DNA from: a virus
Taxonomy: Duplodnaviria > Heunggongvirae > Uroviricota > Caudoviricetes
Virus record (IMG/VR): IMGVR_UViG_3300046004_001633
Location: 36,792 to 100,791 of that record
Length of the DNA stretch: 64,000 bases
Strand: one strand, 5' to 3'
Part shown: positions 36,528 to 46,772 of the stretch, in pieces
Numbering within the stretch: the first letter of the stretch is position 1
How the letters are laid out: each line of letters starts with the position of its first letter
Translations under genes and position numbers: made by a program
The notes under the pieces: model-generated
The model's input: only the letters and a program-made list of their open reading frames with translations
Told to the model about the DNA's origin: nothing
Database searches by the model: none

Positions 36528-37393
36528 AATTGTAATTTGTTCAATATTGTGTTAGTATCCATACCAGATGCTTGTCGTAAGTCATCATATGAACCGTATT
36601 CTGTAATAAATTTATTTTGTATTCCAATTCTAGTTACGGCTACATTAAATGTAGAGCTTATTAAGTCTCCTAAGCCGCCAGTAATAAAATGATTTTCTAC
36701 TGAGAATATTTTGCTATCACTATTGAATACTTTTGAAATTTCATTAATGGACTCTGTTGAGATATTTGATAATGTAGAAACATAGAATATTCCAATTTCT
36801 TCATCACGCAATACATCATCTAATAGATGTCCTGTTACAAACACGTATTTATTATTTTTAGATTTTTGAATAATATTAATCTCATTAGATTTAACTACTA
36901 GATCTTGTGTATGTGAATGATTTGATAATCGAAAATACTTAGGATTACCATTAGCCCATGATTGTTTAAATAATTGTTCGAATTCGGAAGCAGATCCGGG
37001 TTCGTATACATCCATTCCCGGAATACTTCTCATTAATGCAATATCACTATAACAATGATGAGTACAGCCCAAGTCAGCATAATCATATGTTCCACCAACA
37101 GTAATAATTGTAACATCGGTATTTTGATATCCTAATCCAACTTTTATTTGTTCATACGCTCTTTCTACAACAAATGGAGCAATTGTATGTATGATTGGTC
37201 GCATCCCTTCGAGAGACATACCAGCAGCAACATTAACTGTAGATTGTTCGCAAATTCCTATATTAAAAAATCGATCCGGTGCTAGATTCTGGGCATCGCG
37301 CAACAAGTAGTGACTAATATCTCCTATTAATATTACAGATTTGTCATCAGTTTGTACAATATTTTTGCATATTTCTGCGAATTTAGTTCTCAT
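36524..37393 (-). CDS. transketolase, C-terminal subunit (pyrimidine-binding domain)
   Basis: FFNIGICEQSTVNVAAGMSLEGMRPI...GGTYDYADLGCTHH matches the Tkt Pyr domain. Confidence 0.65.
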   Translation of the reverse strand: MRTKFAEICKNIVQTDDKSVILIGDISHYLLRDAQNLAPDRFFNIGICEQSTVNVAAGMSLEGMRPIIHTIAPFVVERAYEQIKVGLGYQNTDVTIITVGGTYDYADLGCTHHCYSDIALMRSIPGMDVYEPGSASEFEQLFKQSWANGNPKYFRLSNHSHTQDLVVKSNEINIIQKSKNNKYVFVTGHLLDDVLRDEEIGIFYVSTLSNISTESINEISKVFNSDSKIFSVENHFITGGLGDLISSTFNVAVTRIGIQNKFITEYGSYDDLRQASGMDTNTILNKLQL

Positions 37394-38126
37394 ATATTTC
37401 TTGTATAAATTGTGTATATTCTTCTAACGTCGGGGCTTTATGATGCCAGGTAAACATATTTGATTCTAGTTGATTAATTCCTTTACCTTTAATTGTGTTA
37501 GCAATAATAAATGTAGGCATATCTGTTTTTGTATTTATCAATGATTGCATAATTTCATTTACGTCATGGCCATCAGTTTCGATTGAATTGCATCCGAATG
37601 ATTGAAACTTATCCTTAAGGTTGCCTAATGGTAATGATCGAATCTGAGATTGATTATAATCAACAATACAAACTAAATTATCTAATTTATGTGCAGCTGC
37701 TAGCATTACAGATTCCCATATACTTCCCTCATTGCATTCACCATCTCCAATTATACAATAAAATTTACCGGGCTTGTTAAGTATCTTTCTTGCCATGGCT
37801 GCACCAATTGCTGTTGGTAATCCTTGACCTAAAGACCCAGTCGATGTATATACTTTATTGATTTTATTTTTGTCCGGATGGCCTCCTAATTTACTTCCAG
37901 ATTTACCAAATTTGCGAAGTTCATCTACAGTTAATTCACCAATGATAACTAAATACGCATAATATGCTAAGCAGCCATGGCCTTTACTTAAAATAAAAAT
38001 ATCGTCCAGGGTCATAGTTTCATGTAGTGCACATATAATATCTACAATTGATAATGCACTTGGAATATGGCCATGCTTAGCATGAAATGCTGCATCTACA
38101 ATTAATTTTCTAATTTCTTTTTCCAT
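37383..38126 (-). CDS. transketolase, N-terminal subunit (thiamine diphosphate-binding domain)
   Basis: HIPSALSIVDIICAL, SKGHGCLAYYA, GSLGQGLPTAIGAAMA and GDGECNEGSIWE. Confidence 0.65.
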   Translation of the reverse strand: MEKEIRKLIVDAAFHAKHGHIPSALSIVDIICALHETMTLDDIFILSKGHGCLAYYAYLVIIGELTVDELRKFGKSGSKLGGHPDKNKINKVYTSTGSLGQGLPTAIGAAMARKILNKPGKFYCIIGDGECNEGSIWESVMLAAAHKLDNLVCIVDYNQSQIRSLPLGNLKDKFQSFGCNSIETDGHDVNEIMQSLINTKTDMPTFIIANTIKGKGINQLESNMFTWHHKAPTLEEYTQFIQEIYEN

Positions 38127-38130
38127 AAAT

Positions 38131-38628
38131 TTATATTAGTTTAGTTTTTGTATCTCGATGTGATAATATCGGCGAAACAATAGGCCAATAAATATTAATG
38201 TTAGGATCGTTCCACGTTAATGTAAACTGATCATCTACATCTGCATACGCGCCATCATATGCCCATTTATAATGAAGTAATGCTTGTTTGCTTAATACTA
38301 AGAATCCAATTGCAAATCCAGGAGGAGTTAATACTTGTTTTCTGCTTTTATCATCTAATATTATCCAATCCCACTTTAGGTAGTTTATAGAATCTCGACG
38401 ATTGTCTACTACGATAAAATATAATTCTCCGGATAAACAACTAGTTAGTTTCCATGATTTATTATCTCCATGTAATCCTCTTATTACATTTTGTCTAGAT
38501 GATGATATTTTATCATGTTTAAAATTTAGTTTTGGTTCAAACTCATCTTGATTCCAAATAGTTAATAAATCGCCTCGGAAATCAGTAAAAATATCTGGCT
38601 GATATACGGTAACTTCTGGAAATATCAT
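38131..38628 (-). CDS. RmlC-like cupin sugar-nucleotide 3,5-epimerase
   Basis: RGLHGD...KLTSCLSGELYFIVVD...PPGFAIGFLVLS...LHYKWAY follows the dTDP-4-dehydrorhamnose 3,5-epimerase pattern. Confidence 0.55.
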   Translation of the reverse strand: MIFPEVTVYQPDIFTDFRGDLLTIWNQDEFEPKLNFKHDKISSSRQNVIRGLHGDNKSWKLTSCLSGELYFIVVDNRRDSINYLKWDWIILDDKSRKQVLTPPGFAIGFLVLSKQALLHYKWAYDGAYADVDDQFTLTWNDPNINIYWPIVSPILSHRDTKTKLI

Positions 38629-39479
38629 AACTTAGTAAATATATTTTTAAACAACCAATCTTCTGTTACGGCATATTGTTTTGCTAATTCTAAATTTTCA
38701 TATGCATATTTTAATTTCGATTGATATAATTCTGGGGTAAGTGATGCTAAAATATCATCTAGTTCATCAGCTGAGTTAAAACAAATAAAACCATCAGTGT
38801 TAAAAAACTCTGATATATTTGGACAGCCCCAATATATTGGTATTGTTCCTACAACTAAACAATCTACAATTTTTTCGGTAAAATAATTTAATTGATTAGA
38901 ATTTTCTATTATTATTGAAAACTGATAATCTTGTAATCCATCTTCTTTGTTGATTAATGGTTTTGCAGATCCATGTCCGTAATAATCAATCCCAGATGAT
39001 TGAAATCGATTTGCAATTACGTGTCGTAATCGATGTCCAGTTAATTGTTGTCGTCCAGAGTATATCATCGAAACTAACTTTGTTTTGTTATGCATTTTCC
39101 AATTAGATTCATTAATCCAACAACCGCCAATTGGATACATTTTAGTTTTCTCCGGATAGGTTTTTAATAAGTCAGGATCATGGGTTAGTACAAAATCATA
39201 ATGATCTTTATATTGATCGAACGTATTATAAAAATGAGGATGTAATTCTCGAGACTCCATTAACCAACCAATCTTGTATTTACTATTAATTCTCGTAGCA
39301 ATTCCTGAATTTATAAAACTGTCAGTAAATAATGTAATTCCTTGCCAATTACTTTGATTTTTTACATATGTTGTGTAGTTTGTGCTTTTAGAGAAAACGT
39401 GTGAATATTTGCCATCTAGTGTCACTAAATGATCAAATGCCGTATCAAATAAATTAATTTCCATAATTATGTTATTCAT
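38625..39479 (-). CDS. glycosyltransferase, GT10-like (fucosyltransferase-like)
   Basis: FSIIIENSNQLNYFTEKIVDCLVVGTIPIYWG resembles the alpha-1,3-FucT FENS...YxTEK...G.VPIYxG motif. Confidence 0.45.
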   Translation of the reverse strand: MNNIIMEINLFDTAFDHLVTLDGKYSHVFSKSTNYTTYVKNQSNWQGITLFTDSFINSGIATRINSKYKIGWLMESRELHPHFYNTFDQYKDHYDFVLTHDPDLLKTYPEKTKMYPIGGCWINESNWKMHNKTKLVSMIYSGRQQLTGHRLRHVIANRFQSSGIDYYGHGSAKPLINKEDGLQDYQFSIIIENSNQLNYFTEKIVDCLVVGTIPIYWGCPNISEFFNTDGFICFNSADELDDILASLTPELYQSKLKYAYENLELAKQYAVTEDWLFKNIFTKL

Positions 39480-40272
39480 TAATACATACCCAATTTTCTG
39501 GGAACATATCTATTGTTGATAAATTATTAACAGTTGCCGGACCAAACCATCGATTGGGATATATTACTGTTTTAGTTGGATTACAATTAAGCCATGCGCC
39601 CCACCAACTAAATGTAGAATTTGCTATGATATTATGTTTGCACAAAGACATCAAGTATAAATCTTCTATATCAGATTGCGATTCTATGAATATATAATTA
39701 TTTCCGACAAACATGGTTTTACACCAATCTATATCATCACTGAATACTAAATACTTTGTTCCTGTTGAAAATTGTTTCACTGCATTTAAGTAATATGAAA
39801 TAGATAAATTATGATGAAAATCTGATAATGTTAAATAGTCGCCTCGACGTATATGCAATGAAACAGTATTTTCTTGTAATACTGGATATTTGTTATTTAA
39901 TTTAGTTAATACAATATTATTTGGTGCAAATAATTTTTGTATTTCGCTATTAAAATCGTGAAAATATTTATAAGATTGATAATATCCATGTAATATAATA
40001 TTAGATGTAATATTGACAATAGGCGTATATCGAAAACTTGGTTCGTGAAATTCAATTAGATTATGGTTATGAGTATATGGGATAAGTTTATTAAAAATTG
40101 TATCTAGATAATCACTCGGTGGTTTTGGTCTTGAATGTCCATGACCAATTTCTGTATATTGTGTGTTAATTAAATATTCAGCTCCGCTTCTTTTTGATAA
40201 TGAATATCCAGCAGCAACCTGAAATAACATATTACCTAATCCGCCCATTAATTTTGAAGTAATTATATTCAT
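39472..40272 (-). CDS. glycosyltransferase family 11 (alpha-1,2-fucosyltransferase-like)
   Basis: GGLGNMLFQVAAGYSL and HIRRGDY GT11 motifs. Confidence 0.65.
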   Translation of the reverse strand: MNIITSKLMGGLGNMLFQVAAGYSLSKRSGAEYLINTQYTEIGHGHSRPKPPSDYLDTIFNKLIPYTHNHNLIEFHEPSFRYTPIVNITSNIILHGYYQSYKYFHDFNSEIQKLFAPNNIVLTKLNNKYPVLQENTVSLHIRRGDYLTLSDFHHNLSISYYLNAVKQFSTGTKYLVFSDDIDWCKTMFVGNNYIFIESQSDIEDLYLMSLCKHNIIANSTFSWWGAWLNCNPTKTVIYPNRWFGPATVNNLSTIDMFPENWVCINE

Positions 40273-40892
40273 AGTGTGTTATAATAATTATTTTGTCGTA
40301 TTTGTCGTTCTATTGTCTTTGCATGATACAATGAATACGATTCTTCCATTGGTAATTGTGCAAATGTTTGAATACCAGTTAACTTTTCGTGTACCTTGTT
40401 CTCCCACTGAATCGACGGATGATTCTTATAGATTCTTCCTTGCCAATCCGGCCAATTAATCCAACCCTCACTATTAACACGCCATCCCCACTTTTTAATG
40501 TGGTCTGCAGTTAGATCAGAAACCGTGTTAACTCTTGGCACCCATATCATATCAACGCCGTCATTTGCACTTAATATAGCAGGTAAGGCTTCTATAATAG
40601 GAGTACATGGAATTTCATCTGCATCTATTTGGAATATATAATCTCCGGTGCAAAGTCTAGTTAATTTATTTTTCCAATCCGCAAAGTTTCCTTCGAATTT
40701 ACCTTTATGCCATGCAAACTCTCCATTAATGGAATGCGATCTTAAAAATGCTTCGATTTCAGAATCTCCATTTGTTTCATCATATAAAACCGTAATTGAG
40801 TCTTGAGCTCTTTTATGTTTTAAAAGAAATGCAATGAGTCTCTGTATTTCCATGAACTCATTGCATACTGTAATTGCGTAACTTATCTTCAT
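40269..40892 (-). CDS. glycosyltransferase family 2
   Basis: KISYAITVCNEFMEIQRLIAF N-terminus, DADE. Confidence 0.5.
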   Translation of the reverse strand: MKISYAITVCNEFMEIQRLIAFLLKHKRAQDSITVLYDETNGDSEIEAFLRSHSINGEFAWHKGKFEGNFADWKNKLTRLCTGDYIFQIDADEIPCTPIIEALPAILSANDGVDMIWVPRVNTVSDLTADHIKKWGWRVNSEGWINWPDWQGRIYKNHPSIQWENKVHEKLTGIQTFAQLPMEESYSLYHAKTIERQIRQNNYYNTL

Positions 40893-40921
40893 ACTATATT
40901 ATAATGAATTTAATTGATAAA

Positions 40922-42172
40922 TCAAATCTTTTGAAGCTTAGGTAAAGATAGAGTTGGTAATTTCAATTCAACTGATTTAGGAATACTAGTTAATCCGCCA
41001 TCAACAATACTCAATACAGTTTCATATGTTTTTGCAATTGCCGTACGAGTAAATGCAGTATTCACAAAGTATCGTTGGCGCTTACCTAACTCTAACCAAG
41101 TTTTATAATTCTTAATAACTTCTTGCATCATCTTACCGGCATATCCATAATCAACACTAAACCACTTTGCATCGCCAATTAAGAATTGATTTTGTGCTGT
41201 TGCGTGTATTGGTGATAATGTTCCTGGAAGTGCACATATGAAATCCTTCTTAAGGAAGTCTGCTTGTCCTGAATAATGTGGTGCTAGGATAGGTTTACCG
41301 GTTGTTGCAAATTCTAATAGAGGTCTTCCAAATCCTTCTGCTTTAGTAAATGATACCATTGCTTTAACTTTGGAATGATTATACAATGCATTCATTTCAT
41401 CATCAGATAATTCGCCATGAATCAAATATACATTTGGTAATTTAGCTTTGCCGAACATTGCTCCAACTTGATTGATCTTTCCTTCAATTTCCATGCGATC
41501 CATAACACTATATGTTGCTCCGGAGCATTTCATAATTAAAGCAGGTTGATTCTTTGTGTCCTTAAATGTATTAAAGAAACAATGCACCATACCTCCGATA
41601 TTTTTTCGGTCTTCCCCTACTTGGCCTTGCAACCAATGTCCAACTGATAGAAATGCCCATGATTCTGGTATTTCATCTAATTGAGCTATCGGTTCTTTAA
41701 TTTCAGAGGTAGTATACACTGATTCATCGAAATATTCAGGTATCACTTGCAAGTTGCATGTAATTGCTTTATCATGCTTCTTAGCTGTCTCTACAAACAC
41801 TGATTTTGTAAACTCACTAGGAACAATTACTAGGTGCATTGCATTTAGGTTATCGATCCAGTCTACTGGGCAGATATCACCTTCGGTACCTGCTGTTACT
41901 CCAATATTGTATTTTCCTACTGCTTGGAATTCATTTGGCACTGATATTTGAACCCAAACATCTGGTTGTTCCGTTAACGGTAATGGAATTATTCTTAACT
42001 GTAAATCCGTTGAAATTGGATATGTCATTGGGGTATGTCCCCATGGCAATGAAACTAATTTAACATCCCATTCAGAACCTCGTTGTTCTATAATGTTTGT
42101 AATAACTTCTCTTGCATGATGTCCGTAACCTGATTGTGTTGCTACTGGACTGGCTATAACTACTTTTCTCAT
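40922..42172 (-). CDS. glycosyltransferase, GT-B fold
   Basis: 416 aa. C-terminal KAEGFGRPLLEFATTGKPILAPHYSG is an EX7E-like GT4 motif. Confidence 0.5.
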   Translation of the reverse strand: MRKVVIASPVATQSGYGHHAREVITNIIEQRGSEWDVKLVSLPWGHTPMTYPISTDLQLRIIPLPLTEQPDVWVQISVPNEFQAVGKYNIGVTAGTEGDICPVDWIDNLNAMHLVIVPSEFTKSVFVETAKKHDKAITCNLQVIPEYFDESVYTTSEIKEPIAQLDEIPESWAFLSVGHWLQGQVGEDRKNIGGMVHCFFNTFKDTKNQPALIMKCSGATYSVMDRMEIEGKINQVGAMFGKAKLPNVYLIHGELSDDEMNALYNHSKVKAMVSFTKAEGFGRPLLEFATTGKPILAPHYSGQADFLKKDFICALPGTLSPIHATAQNQFLIGDAKWFSVDYGYAGKMMQEVIKNYKTWLELGKRQRYFVNTAFTRTAIAKTYETVLSIVDGGLTSIPKSVELKLPTLSLPKLQKI

Positions 42173-43662
42173 TCTGCTACTATTCCTGTTCGTTCATATT
42201 TTACTGGTTCAACTTTATTTACTGTGAATAAAGGTCTTCTTTCTCTATGCATTGCAAATAAATCATTAAACATGGAAATCATTTTGTTACCCATCTTCTC
42301 GGCAGTTAATCCATTAGCTAAAGCCCATTGTCGGCCTTCAAAACCACAAGCAGCCCTATTTTCTTCTGTCATGTCCCACCACGATCTTAATGCGGCTGCT
42401 ACATCTTCATATTTAACTCGGTCATCAAAGATATATGGTGTTTGGGGTGATCCTTGAAGGCTTCGGTTGCTAGGAAATACTGGTTTAACCCAAGATCCAT
42501 GTTTCTTGTATTTACCGGTGTGATTCGTTGCAAATTCTCCATCAAATCGAAGCCATTCGCCATTCTCATCTTCAAAGCCACATTGATCTTGTAAACCACC
42601 AGTAACATTGTTAACGATTGGCGTTCCTGCAAGAATGGCTTCTGTTGAACTAAGTCCCCAACCTTCGTTGCTTCCAATATTCACAACTACATCAGCAACA
42701 TTATACATTGCATTAAGATCCGGTGCTGACAGCTTTTGTTCTGAGAATATAATTTTACAATTGGGCGCCAATGTTTTCCATACTGCAATTAGATCCGTTC
42801 CGTTTTCATCTACTGGTTGTGTATGCATTAATAATGCTACACGGTCTTGTTGATCTGCTGGTAACCTATCTACGAATGTTTTGAATGCTAATATCAAATC
42901 GCCTGGCTGTTTTCTTCTAATATTGCGATTATTCCACATTACTATGAAATCAACCTTATTTGTTTCTTTGATTTGTTTTAACATTGAAACATGTAATGGA
43001 TCACTTGATGATAATGGTTTGAATATGTTGTGATTCAATCCGTGAGGAACATAACCTGTTATAATATCATTCCATTTCTTATCCATCGGCAATGTATCTG
43101 ATTCATCATAGTTAATTACGCCAAAACCATTCTGTTTAAGCACTTCTCTATGAATATTGTCTGACTGTTTGCTTATTCCCATAATCATATCGCAACTACC
43201 GTAAAAAGGTGCGTTCCACATTGGATAAGGTAGGTCATCCCAAATAGAGTAATATGTAATAGGAATTCCGAATGTAGTTTTAATTTCGTGTTCAATTGCA
43301 TACAACCAAGTCCAGTAACGAGGATCTGTAAAGTGTAGGATTGCATCTGGCTGTTCTTGATTGATAATAGCAAATAAGATATTTCTATCGCCATATCCAT
43401 TCCATGGAATCAACTTAACTGATGCATCTTCAATTCCAGTCTCTCGAATAATATCCTGAGATAAATCAAATGCTTGTCCTGCGTCTGGATGATTTAATGC
43501 TCCGCCTAATTGAACCCAATCAAATTCTTTAACGGTATTCAAAATGATTTCTTTGCTGACCGTTCCGATTCCAGATGGTAATCTAAAATCATCGCCTAAA
43601 AGAAGTATTTTCTTTTTTTGTGGCTTGTTGGGGTCAATTTTTTGTAACTTTGGTAACTCCAT
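42169..43662 (-). CDS. glycosyltransferase, GT4-like
   Basis: 497 aa. NEGWGLSSTEAILAGTPIV GT1/GT4 signature. Confidence 0.55.
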   Translation of the reverse strand: MELPKLQKIDPNKPQKKKILLLGDDFRLPSGIGTVSKEIILNTVKEFDWVQLGGALNHPDAGQAFDLSQDIIRETGIEDASVKLIPWNGYGDRNILFAIINQEQPDAILHFTDPRYWTWLYAIEHEIKTTFGIPITYYSIWDDLPYPMWNAPFYGSCDMIMGISKQSDNIHREVLKQNGFGVINYDESDTLPMDKKWNDIITGYVPHGLNHNIFKPLSSSDPLHVSMLKQIKETNKVDFIVMWNNRNIRRKQPGDLILAFKTFVDRLPADQQDRVALLMHTQPVDENGTDLIAVWKTLAPNCKIIFSEQKLSAPDLNAMYNVADVVVNIGSNEGWGLSSTEAILAGTPIVNNVTGGLQDQCGFEDENGEWLRFDGEFATNHTGKYKKHGSWVKPVFPSNRSLQGSPQTPYIFDDRVKYEDVAAALRSWWDMTEENRAACGFEGRQWALANGLTAEKMGNKMISMFNDLFAMHRERRPLFTVNKVEPVKYERTGIVAE

Positions 43663-43692
43663 TTTTTCCTTATAACTTTTATATAAATATGA

Positions 43693-44097
43693 TTATCCTA
43701 AAATAACCACGGGTTTTTTTAACTTGTTTACATTGGTATATGCAGTCTTTAATACTGGATCTAATGTAGTGTCTTGTGTTAGTATCATCATGTAATCACA
43801 TTTCTCTGCTATAAGCTTCATACGATGATGTAATTGGCTGAAATGATATGATTTACCATAATATGATTCTGGCATTGCTGAGTATAAATTATATCCAGAA
43901 AAAGAAGGATTATATTCACTGTAATTGATACCAAATTCCAATGCATACTTCTTAATCATTAAATTAGCACCTTCTGCACCTCCGGCTCCAATTAACATTA
44001 GATCTTCCGGGAATCGTTTCTTTAACTCTTGAAGTGTTTGTTGAACTTTTCTTTTATTCTGCCAACCTGTGCTTCCTATAACTGCTACTTTTGTCAT
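43693..44097 (-). CDS. DUF2493/SLOG-family protein
   Basis: KVAVIGSTGWQNKRKVQQTL...LMLIGAGGAEGANLMIKKYALEFGI matches the SLOG pattern (ViGsR...v.GGa.GaD). Confidence 0.45.
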   Translation of the reverse strand: MTKVAVIGSTGWQNKRKVQQTLQELKKRFPEDLMLIGAGGAEGANLMIKKYALEFGINYSEYNPSFSGYNLYSAMPESYYGKSYHFSQLHHRMKLIAEKCDYMMILTQDTTLDPVLKTAYTNVNKLKKPVVILG

Positions 44098-44301
44098 TTA
44101 TTTTTCATATGAAAATTTAACACTCTTTGGCAAATGGCCATAAATTAATCTTAGCATCGATTCTAATAGAACGCGATTCTCTTTGCTATTAGCATTATCA
44201 ACGTCAGTACACAGGGTATATTCACATTCTACAGTCCCACCAGCTTTTGCTGCTAATGGAAACCTATATACATATGTATGTTTATGTGTGTATTTAATCA
44301 T
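44098..44301 (-). CDS. hypothetical small protein
   Basis: 67 aa. Confidence 0.35.
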   Translation of the reverse strand: MIKYTHKHTYVYRFPLAAKAGGTVECEYTLCTDVDNANSKENRVLLESMLRLIYGHLPKSVKFSYEK

Positions 44302-44319
44302 AACTTATTATAATGAATT

Positions 44320-45276
44320 TTATTCACGAATCCTAGATTCTTTAGCACAATTTGCATAATCTGTTTTCCATGGGCAATACTTGCAATTTTTGTCCCCTTT
44401 ACCTGAGATTGCCATATATGCCCTATCAGCATTCTTATTGCCTTCTAAATCAAAACATGATTCAACGAATCTATCAATTTGCCTTTGGACTTTGCGTTGA
44501 GTTACTGTACCCGATGCTGGGATAACTTGTTGCACTCGTTTCTGTGGGAACATTGATTCCTCTAGCATTTTTCTTTTCACAATAAAAAACTCTACATCAA
44601 TATTCTCTACAACGGCTCCAAATTGCTTAGCAAAATAATTCTTATAGGCAATTAATTGAGCCATTTTTATTGCATCTGCTTTTTGATATTTATTCCAACC
44701 ACTTCGACTAGTTTTAATGTCTAGAATGTGTATTTTATTTGTTTTAGTGTTTCTCAATACAACATCGATAAATCCATACCAAAATACAGAAGGATTTGCA
44801 TCAGATGCTTGGGTACATAGTTCCATTTCAATTGCAACCAGTTCCCAATCCTTTGTGGAGAAGTATGTGGATCTGCGATTCTTGAACCAACTCAATATAG
44901 CAGCTCCATCTTCAAGATACTCTGCTAATTGTAAAGGATTAGAAAAGTGTGCGCCTGTCTGCTCTATGTTACGAGCATATTCAGCACGAAGATTAGTTGT
45001 AAGCAATTCCCTTAAATCTATTGCATCAGCTCGTTTAATTGAGTCAGTGTACATCACAGTCAAGTAGGTTTGTAAGGTTTCGTGAAATGCTGTTCCAAAA
45101 CAAGTATCAATGCTAGATTGAAATGGTGCTAACCCATCTATATACGCTAGCTTCCATTGATTAGGACATTTCTCATACATGGACCATTGTGAATAAGATA
45201 TTCGTCTAGGAACTGTTGTTGCATCTACTAGGGCCAATTTGTATATTGGCGCAATGTAATTTACATTTTCTTTCAT
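44320..45276 (-). CDS. PD-(D/E)XK nuclease, Cas4/RecB-like with Cys cluster
   Basis: N-terminal Cys (YEKCPNQW). GFIDVVL...ILDIKTSR PD-(D/E)XK core. C-terminal CKYCPWKTDYANC. Confidence 0.6.
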   Translation of the reverse strand: MKENVNYIAPIYKLALVDATTVPRRISYSQWSMYEKCPNQWKLAYIDGLAPFQSSIDTCFGTAFHETLQTYLTVMYTDSIKRADAIDLRELLTTNLRAEYARNIEQTGAHFSNPLQLAEYLEDGAAILSWFKNRRSTYFSTKDWELVAIEMELCTQASDANPSVFWYGFIDVVLRNTKTNKIHILDIKTSRSGWNKYQKADAIKMAQLIAYKNYFAKQFGAVVENIDVEFFIVKRKMLEESMFPQKRVQQVIPASGTVTQRKVQRQIDRFVESCFDLEGNKNADRAYMAISGKGDKNCKYCPWKTDYANCAKESRIRE

Positions 45277-45319
45277 ACTATAATATAATAAAAAAAAACA
45301 TAGAAACCAACCGAACAGT

Positions 45320-45346
45320 AAAAAAGTGCAACCGGTTAGATTGCAC
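45320..45346 (-). terminator. rho-independent terminator
   Basis: GTGCAA-UCUAACCGG-UUGCAC hairpin followed by UUUUUU on the minus strand, just 3' of gene 45362..45781. Confidence 0.6.
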
Positions 45347-45361
45347 TTGTTAATTTGTATA

Positions 45362-45781
45362 TTAATTTATATCTTTGAACAATCCAACAATTATATTTTG
45401 AATAGCATTCTTTGCTGATTGGTTATTGTTATTAGATTTAAACAGCTTTGTTGCTCTTTGCAATTGTCCAACATCACATCGTTCGAAGCATGCTTGATCA
45501 TCTAGATCCGGAACTAGTTTTCCATCTTTTTGGTACCACGATCCTTTTTTGATACTATCATCATGGAACCATTCTACGAACTTTTCGGCAATTGTTACAA
45601 TTCCTTCAATATCATTTGCAGCAATTGCCTCGTTAATATCGCTAGCAAATCCTTCTGCTCCGACTCTAGACATATCAGGAGCCTCACACCAGTATTTATA
45701 ATCTTGACCCGTTTTAGATTCTTTCAAATTTTTAGTTCCAAATCTGCGCATATTTTCTGCTAATAGGTTTCTTTTCATCAT
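45362..45781 (-). CDS. hypothetical protein
   Basis: 139 aa. Confidence 0.45.
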   Translation of the reverse strand: MMKRNLLAENMRRFGTKNLKESKTGQDYKYWCEAPDMSRVGAEGFASDINEAIAANDIEGIVTIAEKFVEWFHDDSIKKGSWYQKDGKLVPDLDDQACFERCDVGQLQRATKLFKSNNNNQSAKNAIQNIIVGLFKDIN

Positions 45782-45815
45782 ATTCCTTTAAATTTATAAA
45801 TAAATATTGCATAGT

Positions 45816-45842
45816 AAAAAAACCGTAACATTTCTGCTACGG
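45816..45842 (-). terminator. rho-independent terminator
   Basis: CCGUAGCAG-AAAU-GUUACGG hairpin followed by UUUUUUU on the minus strand, 3' of the SPFH gene. Confidence 0.6.
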
Positions 45843-45866
45843 CTTATATATGGTTTAGGTGTTGTC

Positions 45867-46772
45867 TTACTTATTGATATTCAAAAACATTCCTGCTCCG
45901 CCTGCCATTGTGGTTGGCAACTTACCATCCCAAGCTTGGGCCTTTAAATATTCAATATAGGTAGGTGTAAGTTGAGATTGCTTAATTTTAATTGATAATG
46001 CTGCTGCGTTTGCATTAATAACCATCTCAGCACTGTCTGCCCTTGCTACTGCTACTTTACGCTTACCTTCAGCAATTGCTGTCAATGCTTGTTGCTCAGA
46101 TGCTTCTGCTTGCTGGATTGCTCTTGTTTTAGAAATAATTGCTTCCTGCAACGCTTCCGGTGGTGTGATATTAGTTCTTAATTGTGATACATTGAACCAT
46201 TTAGTTAGTCTCAAGTTACATTCTGCAACAATTGATGCCTCAAATGCTTGTCTATGACCAAAAATGCTATCAATTTCCCATGTATTGGCTACGTCATTAA
46301 CTGCTCCGATAATTGCATTTTTAAGCCAACCTTGTTCTACGTCTTTAGTATCTAATCGTAGATTCACAAACATATCACCAATTGCATCTTCTTTTAGGGA
46401 ATAGTTAAAGGTAGGTTTAATAGTTGCTGGGAATCCACCTTTAGTAATTACTTGCTGATCATCATATTCGATGTGTTGCTGATACAATGGGAATTCTTTT
46501 AATTGTTCCGTCCATGAATTGTAAACTACCCAACCTGTCTTGTATTGATAATTTGTTGCTCCTCGTTGCGACCCAACTAAACTAATTTTCAATCCTTTGT
46601 AACCATTATCAACTTTTTCGAATGAATATGGTTGAATAAAAGCTATAACTACTCCAACGACTGCAATAATAATTCCGTTTCGGATACCGGCTGCACTGTC
46701 ATCATTTAATGCGTTAAAAAATTTAATTCCTCCTACGATAAGGAATACTGCGATAATAATACCTGTAATCAT
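45867..46772 (-). CDS. SPFH/band-7 (prohibitin/stomatin-like) membrane protein
   Basis: N-terminal TM helix. SPFH-like core. Long Ala/Gln-rich coiled-coil tail (QQAEASEQQALTAIAEGKRKVAVARADSAE). Confidence 0.55.
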   Translation of the reverse strand: MITGIIIAVFLIVGGIKFFNALNDDSAAGIRNGIIIAVVGVVIAFIQPYSFEKVDNGYKGLKISLVGSQRGATNYQYKTGWVVYNSWTEQLKEFPLYQQHIEYDDQQVITKGGFPATIKPTFNYSLKEDAIGDMFVNLRLDTKDVEQGWLKNAIIGAVNDVANTWEIDSIFGHRQAFEASIVAECNLRLTKWFNVSQLRTNITPPEALQEAIISKTRAIQQAEASEQQALTAIAEGKRKVAVARADSAEMVINANAAALSIKIKQSQLTPTYIEYLKAQAWDGKLPTTMAGGAGMFLNINK

